Part shown: positions 28,546-39,330 of the stretch, piece by piece
Layout: each line of letters opens with the position of its first letter
Position numbering within the stretch: the first letter of the stretch is position 1
Assembly (NCBI GenBank): GCA_023667245.1
Contig: JAMPAL010000004.1
Coordinates: 1,063-65,062 of the forward strand
Length of the DNA stretch: 64,000 nt
Origin: Anaeroplasma bactoclasticum
Lineage (GTDB): Bacteria; Bacillota_I; Bacilli_A; ML615J-28; CAG-313
Direction of reading: 5' to 3'
Made by a program: the position numbers and the translations under genes
The notes under the pieces: model-generated
Database searches by the model: none
What the model was told of the DNA's origin: nothing
Seen by the model: only the letters and a program-made list of their open reading frames with translations

Positions 28546-28685
28546 CTTATACCTCCTATGTATTGACGATTTATTCTACCACATTTGTAAATTTTTTTCA
28601 ACCAGAATAATTTGTCAAATGAAAACGTTTTATTGAAAGAAAGAAAAGGCTTTAGCATTTTTCTTCATTCCACATGACATTAAAT

Positions 28686-28714
28686 TTTACATTCAGGGAA
28701 AAATATGGTATAAT
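28686..28714 (+). promoter_or_regulatory. sigma-A promoter for the DUF1189-like gene and leuS
   Basis: TTTACA, a 17-nt spacer, then TATAAT, with an extended TGG. Confidence 0.6.
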
Positions 28715-28736
28715 ATTTAAAAAGGAGTATTGGAAT

Positions 28737-29702
28737 ATGTACAAGAAGTTTAAGAATTGTTTATTGCATCCAAAGTTAATTTATCAATACGTAGATGAAC
28801 GTTTTTTTAAGGCACTTTTATATTTTTTATTACTAGCAATAATCTATGCAATACCACAATTGGTATCAACGATTGGTTTTCATCACTTCCCAAATGAGAC
28901 GTTGCAACAAGTAGCAAGCGATTTTGAAAAATCGGGTAAAATAGAATATCAGTTTGAGAAAATTGATGGGCAAATACAACTTGTTTCTACTCAAGATATA
29001 GTTGAACCACAATATGTACAGTTAAACTCCTATATTTTTTCCTTCTATCCAGTTATATTACTTTTTCATGAAGAGAGCGTAGCATTGGAAAAATATCAAT
29101 TACCTAAAGATATAGAGGGAAAAGATTGTTGTTATATTGAGTTTACCAAAAATAAAGTAAGTTTATCTATACAAACATACAATTTGAATCAAAAGGACAC
29201 TCAAATATCAAAACAACAATTGCTCAATCAAAACGGATTAAATTTACAATTTTTTGAAATGACATATGAAAAATTAGGTATAGGAACACTAGATTTACGA
29301 TTAGCCTATGAAAATAAAACGATATTTGCAGAGGCTTGCAATACCTTTTTAATGGGAATTTATCATAAATATAAAGCCTTATTCCTTACAACTGGAGTGA
29401 TTAGAGTGCTAATGATTTCTATTTTGTCTACTTTGTTTGAAATCTTAATACTTACTATTATTGTACAATTGTTGTATCGAAAAATGAATATATCTTTTGC
29501 TAATATATACAAAATGATTATATTGTGTTATACACCTAGAGTAATTTTAAATACTTTCTCTATGCTTTGGTCAAGTATATGGCTGTACTTGATTGGTGAA
29601 TTTATTTCTGTTATTTATTTATTAATTACTATACGATATTATAGTTTGCATCAAATGGCGAAGAAAATAACAATTCATATTCATAATGATAATCAAGAAT
29701 AA
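28737..29702 (+). CDS. membrane protein, DUF1189 (YvdJ)-like
   Basis: ATG 28737 follows AAAGGAG, whereas the ORF-track start 28674 precedes the promoter -10 box. N-terminal pattern F..CLLHPK.I......RFFKALLYFLLLAIIYAIPQ, and C-terminal TM helices. Confidence 0.5.
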   Translation: MYKKFKNCLLHPKLIYQYVDERFFKALLYFLLLAIIYAIPQLVSTIGFHHFPNETLQQVASDFEKSGKIEYQFEKIDGQIQLVSTQDIVEPQYVQLNSYIFSFYPVILLFHEESVALEKYQLPKDIEGKDCCYIEFTKNKVSLSIQTYNLNQKDTQISKQQLLNQNGLNLQFFEMTYEKLGIGTLDLRLAYENKTIFAEACNTFLMGIYHKYKALFLTTGVIRVLMISILSTLFEILILTIIVQLLYRKMNISFANIYKMIILCYTPRVILNTFSMLWSSIWLYLIGEFISVIYLLITIRYYSLHQMAKKITIHIHNDNQE

Positions 29703-29717
29703 AAGGAGAACAAATAT

Positions 29718-32135
29718 ATGAGTTATAATCATATTCAAATTGATCAAAAGTGGCAAGCCTACTGGGATGAGCATCAAACATTTAAAACGCCATCTATTTC
29801 GGATAAACCTAAATTTTACGCGATGGATATGTTTCCTTATCCTAGTGGAGCAGGACTACATGTGGGGCATCCAGAAGGATATACAGCAACAGACATTATT
29901 TGTCGATATAAAAGAATGAAAGGATTTAATGTAATGCATCCAATGGGATGGGATGCGTTTGGGCTCCCAGCTGAGCAATATGCAATTCAAACTGGAAATG
30001 ACCCAAGAGAATTTACGTTAAAAAATATTGCTAATTTTAAAAGGCAATTGAAGATGCTGGGACTTTCATATGATTGGACAAGAGAGATTGCCACATGTGA
30101 TCCAGAATATTTTAAGTGGACACAATGGATTTTTTCTCAATTATATCGCAAGGGATTAGCTGAACTAAAGGAAATAGAAGTCAATTGGTGTGAAGGGCTA
30201 GGGACAGTACTTGCTAATGAAGAAATTATCAATGAAGATGGTAAAATGGTAAGTGAGAGAGGCAAATTTCCTGTTGAAAAACGTCCTATGAAGCAGTGGG
30301 TTTTAAAAATAACAGCCTATGCGGAAAGACTATTACAAGACTTAGATGAAATTGATTGGCCTGAATCAATTAAAGAAATGCAAAGAAATTGGATTGGTAA
30401 AAGCAATGGTGCACGCATTGACTTTAAAGTGAAAAATAGCAATCAAAAATTTACTGTCTTTACTACACGTTGTGATACGTTATTTGGAGCTACCTATTGT
30501 GTTCTTGCGCCTGAACATGAATTGGTTGAAAAGATTACAACAGAAGAGCAGAAAGAAGCAATAGATGCATATGTAGCCTTTGCAAAGTCGAAAACGGATT
30601 TAGATCGAACCGAATTGAACAAAGAAAAAACAGGATGTTTTACAGGCGCTTATGCCATTAATCCAGTTAATGGCAAAGCAATCCCCATTTGGATTGCCGA
30701 TTATGTATTATCTAGTTATGGAACAGGGGCGATTATGGCTGTTCCAGCGCACGATGATAGAGATTATGCATTTGCCAAAAAGTTTGGTATAGACATCATA
30801 CAGGTTTTAGAAGGTGGCGATATTGCTCAGGAAGCGTATACAAAAGATGGTATCCATATCAATTCAGGTTTTTTGAATGGTTTAAATAAAGAAGAAGCCA
30901 TTCAAAGAATGGGTGAATTTTTAGTAGAAAATGGCATAGGGCAATTATCTGTTAATTATCGTTTGCGCGATTGGATTTTCTCTCGTCAACGCTACTGGGG
31001 TGAACCATTTCCAATCATTCACTGGGAAGATGGTACAATTGAATTATTAGACGAAAGCGAGTTACCATTAGAATTACCAAAAATGAATGGTTTGAAATTA
31101 TCTGGAACAGGTGAAAGCCCTCTTGCTAATGCAAACGAATGGTTAGAAGTGACGCGACCAGATGGAGTAAAAGGTAGAAGAGAAACCAATACAATGCCAC
31201 AATGGGCAGGTAGTTGTTGGTATTATATTGGATATCTTTTAAAAGAAGATGGTAAGATGCAGGATTTGACAAATCCAGATGTTCAAGAAATGATAAATAG
31301 TTGGTTACCAGTTGATTTGTATATTGGCGGAACAGAACATGCGGTATTGCATCTGTTATATGCAAGATTTTGGCATAAAGTATTATATGATTGTGGCATC
31401 TTGAAAACAAAAGAGCCTTTTCAAAAATTATTCAATCAAGGAATGATTTTGGGTGAAAATGGTGTTAAAATGTCAAAATCGTTAGGAAATGTGGTTAATC
31501 CAGATGATATTGTTTGTAACTATGGGGCAGATACTTTAAGAGTATATGAAATGTTTATGGGACCATTAGAGGCCATGAAACCATGGTCAACAACAGGTGT
31601 TGATGGAGCAAGACGATTCTTAGAAAGGGTATATCGTTTGGTTACAGAAGTAGCTGTGATAGATGAAAATGACTGGAGTTTAGAGAAAGTGTATCATCAA
31701 ACCGTGAAAAAAGTAACGGAGGATATTGAAAATTTGCATTACAATACAGCCATTTCACAATTGATGATTTTTACCAATGAGGCCTATAAACATCCTCAAA
31801 TGCCAAAAGTATTTTTAGAAGGATATATTAAAATGGTTTATCCATTTGCACCACATCTTGGTGAAGAATTATGGAGTATGATGAATCATCAAGATACCAT
31901 TACCTATGAGCCATGGCCGCTTTATGAAGAATCAAAAACCATCAATCAAGAGGTAACAGTTGTGGTACAAGTCAATGGAAAATTAAGAGATAAATTGATT
32001 GTAACTGTAGATACGCCTCAAGTGGAATTGGAAAAATTGGCATTAGCTAGTCCAAAAGTCCAAAATTATTTAGAAGGAAAAACGCCAAAAAAGGTAATAG
32101 TGGTTATAAATAAATTGGTTAGCATAGTTTTATAA
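29718..32135 (+). CDS. leuS: leucine--tRNA ligase
   Basis: HIGH-type motif ([14 protein letters not shown]), KMSKS (VKMSKSLGN) and a CP1 editing domain. 805 aa. Confidence 0.97.
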   Translation: MSYNHIQIDQKWQAYWDEHQTFKTPSISDKPKFYAMDMFPYPSGAGLHVGHPEGYTATDIICRYKRMKGFNVMHPMGWDAFGLPAEQYAIQTGNDPREFTLKNIANFKRQLKMLGLSYDWTREIATCDPEYFKWTQWIFSQLYRKGLAELKEIEVNWCEGLGTVLANEEIINEDGKMVSERGKFPVEKRPMKQWVLKITAYAERLLQDLDEIDWPESIKEMQRNWIGKSNGARIDFKVKNSNQKFTVFTTRCDTLFGATYCVLAPEHELVEKITTEEQKEAIDAYVAFAKSKTDLDRTELNKEKTGCFTGAYAINPVNGKAIPIWIADYVLSSYGTGAIMAVPAHDDRDYAFAKKFGIDIIQVLEGGDIAQEAYTKDGIHINSGFLNGLNKEEAIQRMGEFLVENGIGQLSVNYRLRDWIFSRQRYWGEPFPIIHWEDGTIELLDESELPLELPKMNGLKLSGTGESPLANANEWLEVTRPDGVKGRRETNTMPQWAGSCWYYIGYLLKEDGKMQDLTNPDVQEMINSWLPVDLYIGGTEHAVLHLLYARFWHKVLYDCGILKTKEPFQKLFNQGMILGENGVKMSKSLGNVVNPDDIVCNYGADTLRVYEMFMGPLEAMKPWSTTGVDGARRFLERVYRLVTEVAVIDENDWSLEKVYHQTVKKVTEDIENLHYNTAISQLMIFTNEAYKHPQMPKVFLEGYIKMVYPFAPHLGEELWSMMNHQDTITYEPWPLYEESKTINQEVTVVVQVNGKLRDKLIVTVDTPQVELEKLALASPKVQNYLEGKTPKKVIVVINKLVSIVL

Positions 32136-32156
32136 AATAAAAATGGGGGGGATTCA

Positions 32157-32402
32157 TTGTTTCATCTTTTTTCAATTCAAAAAAAGAGACCAAAATGCTA
32201 TCACTTTATGATCGGTAGGCAAAATGTTATAGTTGTTGATGTGACTATTTATCCAAAAGAAGTATGGTATGATAAATATATTGCATTTTTAATGCAACAC
32301 TTTTCAAATGTATACTGGTTTTCTTCTTTTGAAGAAATGGAAGAAGAATTGGTTGATTTGATGACTATAACAGATGAAGATTACTATATTTTGATCACAT
32401 AA
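32157..32402 (+). CDS. hypothetical small protein (81 aa)
   Basis: ORF with a TTG start 5 nt after a G7 tract, followed by a terminator. No recognisable motif. Confidence 0.35.
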   Translation: MFHLFSIQKKRPKCYHFMIGRQNVIVVDVTIYPKEVWYDKYIAFLMQHFSNVYWFSSFEEMEEELVDLMTITDEDYYILIT

Positions 32403-32433
32403 AACTACTTGATTTTGTATCAAGTAGTTTTTA
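32402..32433 (+). terminator. intrinsic terminator after the leuS unit
   Basis: AAACTACTTGA-ttttgta-TCAAGTAGTTT followed by a T-run. Confidence 0.8.
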
Positions 32434-32490
32434 TTTTAATAATACTAAAGATGAGTATCTAAATTTTGCCTGAAATTCTCCTAAAATCAA

Positions 32491-32519
32491 TTGTCAAAAT
32501 TCATTTTTTAGGGTATAAT
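32491..32519 (+). promoter_or_regulatory. sigma-A promoter for hpf
   Basis: TTGTCA, a 17-nt spacer, then TATAAT. Confidence 0.6.
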
Positions 32520-32567
32520 AAAATTGTAAACAAGTTTTGTTTACGATGAATGAAAGGAGCTGTTTTT

Positions 32568-33107
32568 ATGAAGACAACTATTAGAGCAAATGATTTGGTG
32601 AAAATGAGTGATGGTGCAAAAACGTACATTGAGGAGCGTGTTACTACATTGGAAAAATTATTTAATAATAGCGAACATGTTGTAGCAAATGTACTATGTA
32701 AAGGATACGAAAAATATACAATTGTAGAAATTACAATACCTTTAAAACATATCATTTTGCGAGCAGAAAGTAAGGCAGATACACTTTATGCAGCGGTCGA
32801 TTTTGCGGTGGATAAAGTGGAAAGACAGCTTTTACGCCACAAGCAAAAAGTAATGAGTATGATGAAAAAACGTGATGGTATTGGTGAATATTTTAGCCAA
32901 CTAGCGACTAATGAAGAAGAAGATATTAAACCTGTTGCAAGAACAAAAGTAATAGAAAAGGAAGTGATGTCAGTTGATGAGGCCATTACTCAAATGGAAT
33001 TATCAGATCACGATTTCTTTGCATTCGTCAATGAGGCTAACTATCGAAATGCTATAGTATACGTTCGGAAAGATGGAAGTTATGGTGTTTTAGAGATGAA
33101 AGATTAG
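32568..33107 (+). CDS. hpf: ribosome hibernation promoting factor (long form)
   Basis: ATG 32568 follows AAAGGAG. Sigma-54-modulation/YfiA-like N-domain plus the C-terminal dimerisation domain (MSVDEAITQMELSDHDFFAFVN...VYVRKDGSYGVLE). Confidence 0.9.
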   Translation: MKTTIRANDLVKMSDGAKTYIEERVTTLEKLFNNSEHVVANVLCKGYEKYTIVEITIPLKHIILRAESKADTLYAAVDFAVDKVERQLLRHKQKVMSMMKKRDGIGEYFSQLATNEEEDIKPVARTKVIEKEVMSVDEAITQMELSDHDFFAFVNEANYRNAIVYVRKDGSYGVLEMKD

Positions 33108-33128
33108 AGGTCATTAGACCTCTTTTTC
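33106..33128 (+). terminator. intrinsic terminator after hpf
   Basis: AGAGGTC-atta-GACCTCT followed by TTTTT. Confidence 0.75.
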
Positions 33129-33135
33129 TAATGAT

Positions 33136-33164
33136 TTGCTGTAAAAGTTAAAAAAGTGTATAAT
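33136..33164 (+). promoter_or_regulatory. sigma-A promoter for the HAD hydrolase gene and queH
   Basis: TTGCTG, a 17-nt spacer, then TATAAT. Confidence 0.5.
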
Positions 33165-33199
33165 ATAAATAAAGAATATATGAATAAGGAAAAAGAAAA

Positions 33200-33895
33200 A
33201 TGAAAAAGATAGTTTGTATGGATTTAGGCAATACCATTATTCATAATGATGCAATTTGCTTTGATGCCGGTTATGAAAAATTGTATTCCATATTGGAGAT
33301 TACCAGTATGAATGTAGAAGAATGGAAACAAAATATGTATCAATTATATCTTCATATGTATGCCACAAGGGAAAAAGATTATATAGAAATTCCTTTTCAA
33401 CAGTATTTGAAAAAATCAATGGAGATGATGAATATACAAACAAGCTATTTGTTAGCCGATTTAGAATTTTTATTTTATCAAGCCGCTATAGTAGATAGTG
33501 TCGAGAAAGATATCTTTTCTTTTTTTGTTTTTTTAAGAACAAAAAATATACCTATTTATGTAATCAGTAATTCCACCTTTTCTAAAAGATGTTTATTGGC
33601 AACATTGATAAAATTAGAACTAAATGAATATATTGCTGAAGTGTATTCATCCGCTGATATAGGAATCCGAAAACCTGATGTTCGTTTTTTTAATCAAATA
33701 ACAGCATTACAACCATTTTCAAAAGAAAAGATATTATATATAGGTAATGATGCAATTATTGATTATCATTTTGCTAAGAATAGTGGAATTGAATTCATTT
33801 GGTATAATTGTGAAAATGAAGAAAAAGATATATCATGCCAGATGATTGAAAATTATCAGGAATTGGTAAAAATATGGGGTGAAAAATTTGATTAG
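33200..33895 (+). CDS. HAD-superfamily hydrolase
   Basis: Motif I-like CMDLGNT, motif II SNS, motif III IRKPD and motif IV GNDAIID. Confidence 0.65.
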   Translation: MKKIVCMDLGNTIIHNDAICFDAGYEKLYSILEITSMNVEEWKQNMYQLYLHMYATREKDYIEIPFQQYLKKSMEMMNIQTSYLLADLEFLFYQAAIVDSVEKDIFSFFVFLRTKNIPIYVISNSTFSKRCLLATLIKLELNEYIAEVYSSADIGIRKPDVRFFNQITALQPFSKEKILYIGNDAIIDYHFAKNSGIEFIWYNCENEEKDISCQMIENYQELVKIWGEKFD

Positions 33896-34529
33896 CAATT
33901 ACAAAGAATTTAAAGAAAAAATCATCGATTTATCAAAAGAAAATCCTCCAAAGAAATTATTATTGCATAGTTGTTGTGCACCTTGTAGCACCCATGTTTT
34001 AACTATCTTGTCAAAGGTAGTTCAAGTCACGATTTTATTCTATAATTCCAATATAGATACCAAAAGTGAATACGACATGAGATTATTAGAGGTAAAGCAG
34101 TTGATTCAGTTGATGCATCTTCCAATTGAAGTTGTCGAATTGGGTTACCAACACAATGCTTTTTTAAAGGCCATTCAAGGTAAAGAAACATTAGGAGAAA
34201 GAAGTAGTCGGTGTTATGCTTGTTATGAGGAAAGATTGCGCGTAACTGCAAATTATGCAAAGGAAAATGGGTATGACTATTTTACAACCTCTTTGTCAAT
34301 AAGCCCCTATAAAAATAGCAATTGGCTAAATGAAATTGGCTATCGATTATCTACTGAGACATGTCAATATTTGTATTCCAACTATAAGAAGGAAAATGGT
34401 TATCAGCATTCTATTGCATTATCAAAACAATATCAATTGTACCGACAAGATTATTGTGGTTGTGAGTTTTCTAAAAAAGAACACGAAATGCAACTGGCTA
34501 TCTCTAAGAAAGATAAAAGATACGAATAA
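33879..34529 (+). CDS. queH: epoxyqueuosine reductase QueH (DUF208)
   Basis: LLLHSCCAPCS near the N-terminus and YCGCEFS near the C-terminus. GTG start overlaps the previous CDS. Confidence 0.8.
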   Translation: MKNLISNYKEFKEKIIDLSKENPPKKLLLHSCCAPCSTHVLTILSKVVQVTILFYNSNIDTKSEYDMRLLEVKQLIQLMHLPIEVVELGYQHNAFLKAIQGKETLGERSSRCYACYEERLRVTANYAKENGYDYFTTSLSISPYKNSNWLNEIGYRLSTETCQYLYSNYKKENGYQHSIALSKQYQLYRQDYCGCEFSKKEHEMQLAISKKDKRYE

Positions 34530-34656
34530 CTTGAAAAAAAAAATAAAATTTGATATGATATAAAGGATAAAATATAGAATTTTAAATAGGGATATTTGTT
34601 GATAACTGATTCAAAATATAAGAATAATTTATAAAATACAAGGAGGATATGCAAAT

Positions 34657-37170
34657 ATGTTTGGGAAACTATTTGATCCAGCAAATAAAGAACTGAAAAA
34701 ATGCGAAAAGATTGCGAATGCAGTAGTGGCATTAGCAGATGAATATAAAGCATTAAGTGATGAAGAATTAAAAGGAAAAACACAACAATTTAGGGAAAGA
34801 CTTGCAAAAGGGGCTACGCTAGATGAGATTATGGTCGAGGCTTTTGCTACAGCAAGAGAGGCTTCTACGCGTGTGACAGGTCTTACTCCATTTAAGGTGC
34901 AAATTATCGGTGCTGCTGCTCTTCATTTTGGTAATATTGCTGAAATGAAAACAGGTGAAGGCAAAACCTTGACATCTGTGCTCGTTGCCTACTTGAATGC
35001 ATTATCTGGTGAGGGTGTGCATATTATCACGGTAAATGAATATTTGGCGAGTCGTGATGCGGTTGAAATGGGGGCTATCCATAACTTTTTAGGAATCACA
35101 GTTGGGTTGAACTTACGAGAATTAGATCCAGAGCAAAAACGGGCTGCGTATAATTGTGATATCACGTATTCTACCAATAGTGAAATTGGTTTTGACTATC
35201 TAAGAGATCATATGGTGCTATATAAAGAACAAATGGTACAGCGCCCAGTAATGAATTTTGCAATTGTCGATGAAGTTGACTCTATTTTAATTGACGAGGC
35301 ACGTACGCCATTGATTATTTCAGGTGGTGAGAAAAAAGGACCTAATTTATATCTTCAAGCCAATAGCTTTGTCCGTACTCTACGTACAGAGGATTATGAA
35401 ATTGATGTAAAAGATCGTCATGTCACATTATTAGAGTCTGGTATGGCTAAGGCTGAAAAATATTTTAATGTTGAAAATTTATATGATGTCAAGCATGTAG
35501 GATTGGTTCATCACATCAATAATGCACTTCGTGCCAATTATATTATGGAAAAAGATAAGGATTATGTTGTCCATGAAGGGGCAATTGTCATTGTAGATCC
35601 ATTTACAGGCCGTTTGATGGTAGGAAGACAATGGAGTGAAGGGCTACATCAAGCAATTGAAGCAAAAGAAAATGTCCAAATCAAAAAAGAAACAAGAACA
35701 TTAGCGACCATTACTTATCAAAATTATTTTAGAATGTATAAAAAATTGGCTGGAATGACAGGTACTGCGAAAACGGAAGAAGAAGAATTTCGAAATATTT
35801 ACAATATGCTTGTTGTGGAAATACCGACCAACTTGCCAGTCATAAGAATTGATGACCCTGATTTAATTTTTCGTTCAATGAAAGCAAAATATCAAGCTAT
35901 TGCAAAGGATATTAAAGCGCGATATGAAAAAGGACAACCCGTTTTGGTAGGCACAATATCTATTGAATCAAGTGAATTGTTATCTAATTTATTGAAAAAA
36001 AATGGTATTCCACATAATGTCTTGAATGCCAAACAACATGCTAGAGAAGCAGATATTATTGCTCAAGCAGGAGAAAAACATGCTGTAACGATTGCTACAA
36101 ATATGGCTGGGCGTGGTACAGATATCAAATTAGGTCAAGGTGTAAGAGAACTTGGTGGTCTTGCGGTAATAGGAACAGAGCGACATGAGGCACGTCGTAT
36201 CGATAATCAGCTTCGGGGTAGAAGTGGTCGTCAAGGAGATCCTGGATATAGTAGGTTCTACTTGTCAGCACAAGATGAACTAATGGTCCGATTTGGTGGT
36301 GATCGTTTTGAAAGATTATTATCTATGATTGCTAGTCCTGATGAAGAAGGAAATGAAACGCCATTAGAATCAAAAATGTTTTCTAAAGCTGTAGAAAGTG
36401 CGCAAAAAAAGGTAGAAGGATCTAACTATGATCGTCGTAAGAGCGTTGTAGAATATGATGAAGTTTTAAGAAAACAACGTGAAATTATTTATGGTCAAAG
36501 AAAAGATATTTTATTCTTAGATGATATGGAGCCTACGATAGGGAAAATGATTCATTCTGTTGTAATAAAATATGTTGGGTCATATATCAATTATGACAAG
36601 AAGAATGAAGAAGTAGATGCTATTCGTTTTATGAACGATTTTGTTGCTCGCTTTTTTAATCGAGGTGATATTGAAATTGAAGAAATTGAAGGAATGAAAA
36701 AACTTGAATTAGAAGAGTTTGTCGAGGCAAAATTCAAAGAAAATTTGCAAAATAAGAAAGAAATTGTTCCTTCAGAAGTCTATCAAGAATTTTTGAAAGT
36801 AGTATTATTACGAGTTGTAGATAAACATTGGATGGATCATATTGACCAAATGAGTAATTTACGTCAAAGTATTGGTTTACAATCTTATGCTCAAATCAAT
36901 CCATTACGTGAATATCAACAAATAGGTTATGATACTTTTAATGAAATGATTCAAACTATCAATGATGAGGTTACTTTGACGATTAATCGTGCCGTCGTAA
37001 GAGAAAACTTGCAACGTGAGGAGCAGGCTAAAGTGACAGGAACAAATGCGGGTAATGATGAGACTACCAAGCGAAAACCAGTTGTCAATCAAACTAAAGA
37101 ACCTGGTCGAAATGATCCATGTCCATGTGGTAGTGGTTTAAAATATAAAAATTGTTGTGGAAGAAAATAA
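34657..37170 (+). CDS. secA: preprotein translocase ATPase SecA
   Basis: Motifs AEMKTGEGKT, DEVDSILIDEARTPLIIS and TNMAGRGTDI. C-terminal zinc motif CPCGSGLKYKNCCG. Confidence 0.97.
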   Translation: MFGKLFDPANKELKKCEKIANAVVALADEYKALSDEELKGKTQQFRERLAKGATLDEIMVEAFATAREASTRVTGLTPFKVQIIGAAALHFGNIAEMKTGEGKTLTSVLVAYLNALSGEGVHIITVNEYLASRDAVEMGAIHNFLGITVGLNLRELDPEQKRAAYNCDITYSTNSEIGFDYLRDHMVLYKEQMVQRPVMNFAIVDEVDSILIDEARTPLIISGGEKKGPNLYLQANSFVRTLRTEDYEIDVKDRHVTLLESGMAKAEKYFNVENLYDVKHVGLVHHINNALRANYIMEKDKDYVVHEGAIVIVDPFTGRLMVGRQWSEGLHQAIEAKENVQIKKETRTLATITYQNYFRMYKKLAGMTGTAKTEEEEFRNIYNMLVVEIPTNLPVIRIDDPDLIFRSMKAKYQAIAKDIKARYEKGQPVLVGTISIESSELLSNLLKKNGIPHNVLNAKQHAREADIIAQAGEKHAVTIATNMAGRGTDIKLGQGVRELGGLAVIGTERHEARRIDNQLRGRSGRQGDPGYSRFYLSAQDELMVRFGGDRFERLLSMIASPDEEGNETPLESKMFSKAVESAQKKVEGSNYDRRKSVVEYDEVLRKQREIIYGQRKDILFLDDMEPTIGKMIHSVVIKYVGSYINYDKKNEEVDAIRFMNDFVARFFNRGDIEIEEIEGMKKLELEEFVEAKFKENLQNKKEIVPSEVYQEFLKVVLLRVVDKHWMDHIDQMSNLRQSIGLQSYAQINPLREYQQIGYDTFNEMIQTINDEVTLTINRAVVRENLQREEQAKVTGTNAGNDETTKRKPVVNQTKEPGRNDPCPCGSGLKYKNCCGRK

Positions 37171-37183
37171 GCAGTGAGGGACG

Positions 37184-37215
37184 AAGCAAGTTTACATTTA
37201 AGCTTGCTTTTTCTT
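37184..37215 (+). terminator. possible attenuating hairpin between secA and prfB
   Basis: AAGCAAG-(13 nt)-CTTGCTT followed by TTTTT. Short stem, so likely only a partial terminator. Confidence 0.4.
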
Positions 37216-37230
37216 CCTAATGGAGGATGT

Positions 37231-38325
37231 ATGGAAAAGTATGAAATTGTAAAATGGATAGAGAATTTTAAAGTACGTTTAAAGAGTGTTGATGAAGTGC
37301 TTCGAATAGAGGATATGAAAAAACAAATTCTAGAAAATGAAAAGATGATGTTAGAAGAAGATTTTTGGCAAGATGTTACGAAGGCTACGCAATTTTCTCA
37401 AAGAAACAATGATTTGAAAGAGACTGTTTCTGCATATGAGGAATTGATGAAACAATTTGAAGACATTGAAATCATTCCTGATTTTGGAGATGAAGCTCTA
37501 TTTGTAGAAGCAGAAGAAATGATTCGTACTCTAGATTTGGCTTTATCGGAGACAGAAGACAAATTGTTATTAGATGAAGAGTATGATAAAATGAATGCCA
37601 TTTTAGAACTTCATCCTGGTGCAGGTGGAACGGAATCACAAGATTGGGCACTGATGCTATTTCGAATGTACAAAAGATATAGTGAACGTCATCATTTTGA
37701 ATTTGAATTGTTGGATTATCAAGAAGCTAATGATGCAGGCATCAAGAGTGTCACTTTTATGATCAAAGGGCGGTTTGCATATGGCATATTAAAAGGAGAA
37801 AAAGGCGTGCATCGATTGGTTCGCATTTCCCCATTTGATAGCAATGCTAGAAGACATACTTCATTTGCGGCATGTAATGTAACGCCTGAAATTAGTGATG
37901 ATATTGAAATCACGATTCGTCCCGAAGAAATAAAAATAGATACATACCGCTCAAGTGGTGCGGGTGGACAACATGTGAATACGACTGATTCTGCTGTTCG
38001 CATTACGCACTTACCAACAGGAATTGTAGTATCATGTCAAAACGAAAGAAGTCAAATTCAAAATCGGGAACGTGCTCTGAAAGTATTGAAATCCAAATTA
38101 TATCAAAGAATGCTAGAAGAACAAGAACAATTAAAGAAAAATATCGGTTCACCTATAACAGATAATGCTTTTGGTAGTCAAATTAGAAGTTACGTGTTAC
38201 ATCCATATGCTATGGTAAAAGATCACAGAACCAATATTGAAAGTGCAACACCGAATCATGTTCTAGATGGTGATTTAGATATGTTTTTGACAGGTTATTT
38301 AAAATGGTACAAGACCACCAAATAG
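37231..38325 (+). CDS. prfB: peptide chain release factor 2 (no programmed frameshift)
   Basis: ATG 37231 follows GGAGG. SPF tripeptide (RISPFDS) and GGQ motif (SGAGGQHVN). The whole N-terminus is in a single frame. Confidence 0.92.
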   Translation: MEKYEIVKWIENFKVRLKSVDEVLRIEDMKKQILENEKMMLEEDFWQDVTKATQFSQRNNDLKETVSAYEELMKQFEDIEIIPDFGDEALFVEAEEMIRTLDLALSETEDKLLLDEEYDKMNAILELHPGAGGTESQDWALMLFRMYKRYSERHHFEFELLDYQEANDAGIKSVTFMIKGRFAYGILKGEKGVHRLVRISPFDSNARRHTSFAACNVTPEISDDIEITIRPEEIKIDTYRSSGAGGQHVNTTDSAVRITHLPTGIVVSCQNERSQIQNRERALKVLKSKLYQRMLEEQEQLKKNIGSPITDNAFGSQIRSYVLHPYAMVKDHRTNIESATPNHVLDGDLDMFLTGYLKWYKTTK

Positions 38326-38334
38326 AGGTGTATA

Positions 38335-39330
38335 ATGAAGATACAATTACGAAAAAATAAAAAAATAAGAGATTTTTTAACAATCAATTTGGGCATTTTT
38401 TTGCTATCTAGTGCTTTTGGTATTTTTGTTGACCCCAATGAAATTGTTGTTGGTGGTGTAGGGGGCATTGGGACTTTGGTCAAATCCCTTTTAAAAGGTA
38501 CAACAATATTTGGAATAGAGATTACATCATCTATGGTTATTCTTATCATCAATATGATATTGTTGATTTTTGCCTTTCTATTTGTTGGAAAAAGTTTCTT
38601 TTTAAAAACCGTATATGCATCTATTGTTTATCCGCTATTTATCTCACTTTGGGAAATTATTTTTAAGTTGATGGGAGGACCTATTGTTAATCTTCCAGCT
38701 ATTGAACAAAATTTAATGGAAATGGGATTATCAATAGATACAACGCATGTAATTATGGCAGGAGCTTATTTAGTTATGCTTCTATTTGGCGCAGTATTAT
38801 CAGGAATTGGATTAGGTTTAGCGATGAAAAAAGGCGCATCAACTGGAGGCGTAGATATTATTCAACAAATTCTTTTGGACAAATTCAAGATTCCCTTTTC
38901 TGCAAGTCTTTTTATTGTGGATGGCATAGTTGTAACGCTTGCTACCATTTATTATCAAAATATTTTTATCATTTTATATGGCTTTTTATATATTTACTTA
39001 TCTGGTGTAGTCTTAGATGCAGTGGCATTTAGTGGGTTTCATTCACGAGCTGTCTACATTATTACCAAAGAGCCTAAATCTATCAAGAATGCTGTTTATC
39101 GAAAATTAGGTAGAGGAGTAACAGAAATTTATTCCAGAGGTGGATATGAAATGAAAGATAGTACAATGTTGGTTTGTGTGATGTCTAATTCTGAGTATTA
39201 CCGAATCAAGTCAATGGTTTTAGAAATTGATCCAAGAGCATTCATTTATGTAGAGCGAGCAAGTGAAGTACATGGTGAGGGATTTTCTTATGATAGTCCA
39301 GAAGGATGTGAAGAAACTTATGAAATCTAA
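38335..39330 (+). CDS. YitT-family membrane protein (DUF2179 C-terminal domain)
   Basis: Five or six TM helices with a GGxGG-type segment (VVGGVGGIGTL), plus a soluble C-terminal domain. Confidence 0.7.
   Translation: MKIQLRKNKKIRDFLTINLGIFLLSSAFGIFVDPNEIVVGGVGGIGTLVKSLLKGTTIFGIEITSSMVILIINMILLIFAFLFVGKSFFLKTVYASIVYPLFISLWEIIFKLMGGPIVNLPAIEQNLMEMGLSIDTTHVIMAGAYLVMLLFGAVLSGIGLGLAMKKGASTGGVDIIQQILLDKFKIPFSASLFIVDGIVVTLATIYYQNIFIILYGFLYIYLSGVVLDAVAFSGFHSRAVYIITKEPKSIKNAVYRKLGRGVTEIYSRGGYEMKDSTMLVCVMSNSEYYRIKSMVLEIDPRAFIYVERASEVHGEGFSYDSPEGCEETYEI

Noticed and set aside
28546-29717. T-box leader upstream of leuS
   Set aside because: leuS starts 15 nt after the DUF1189-like gene. The 190-nt region upstream of that gene has no T-box hallmark (no GGTGGTACCGCG-like box, specifier or antiterminator architecture), so no T-box is called.
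33200-33895. HAD hydrolase with motif I reading DLGNT instead of DxDxT, as a possible pseudo-enzyme
   Set aside because: Some HAD subfamilies, such as the dehalogenase type, naturally lack the second Asp. Motifs II to IV are intact. Activity cannot be judged from sequence alone.
34451-34783. 110-aa minus-strand ORF spanning the queH-secA intergenic region and the secA 5' end
   Set aside because: The translation is low-complexity and Leu/Phe/Ile-rich. It overlaps the secA start and promoter region in antisense, with no RBS. I judge it spurious.
37171-37300. Programmed +1 frameshift (CUU UGA C) at the start of prfB
   Set aside because: The RF2 N-terminus (MEKYEIVKWIENFKVRLKSVDEVLRIEDMKKQILENE...) is continuous with the SPF and GGQ domains in a single frame from ATG 37231. 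No in-frame UGA or shifty CUU UGA is present. The ORF-track start at 37174 is just an upstream extension through the secA terminator hairpin.
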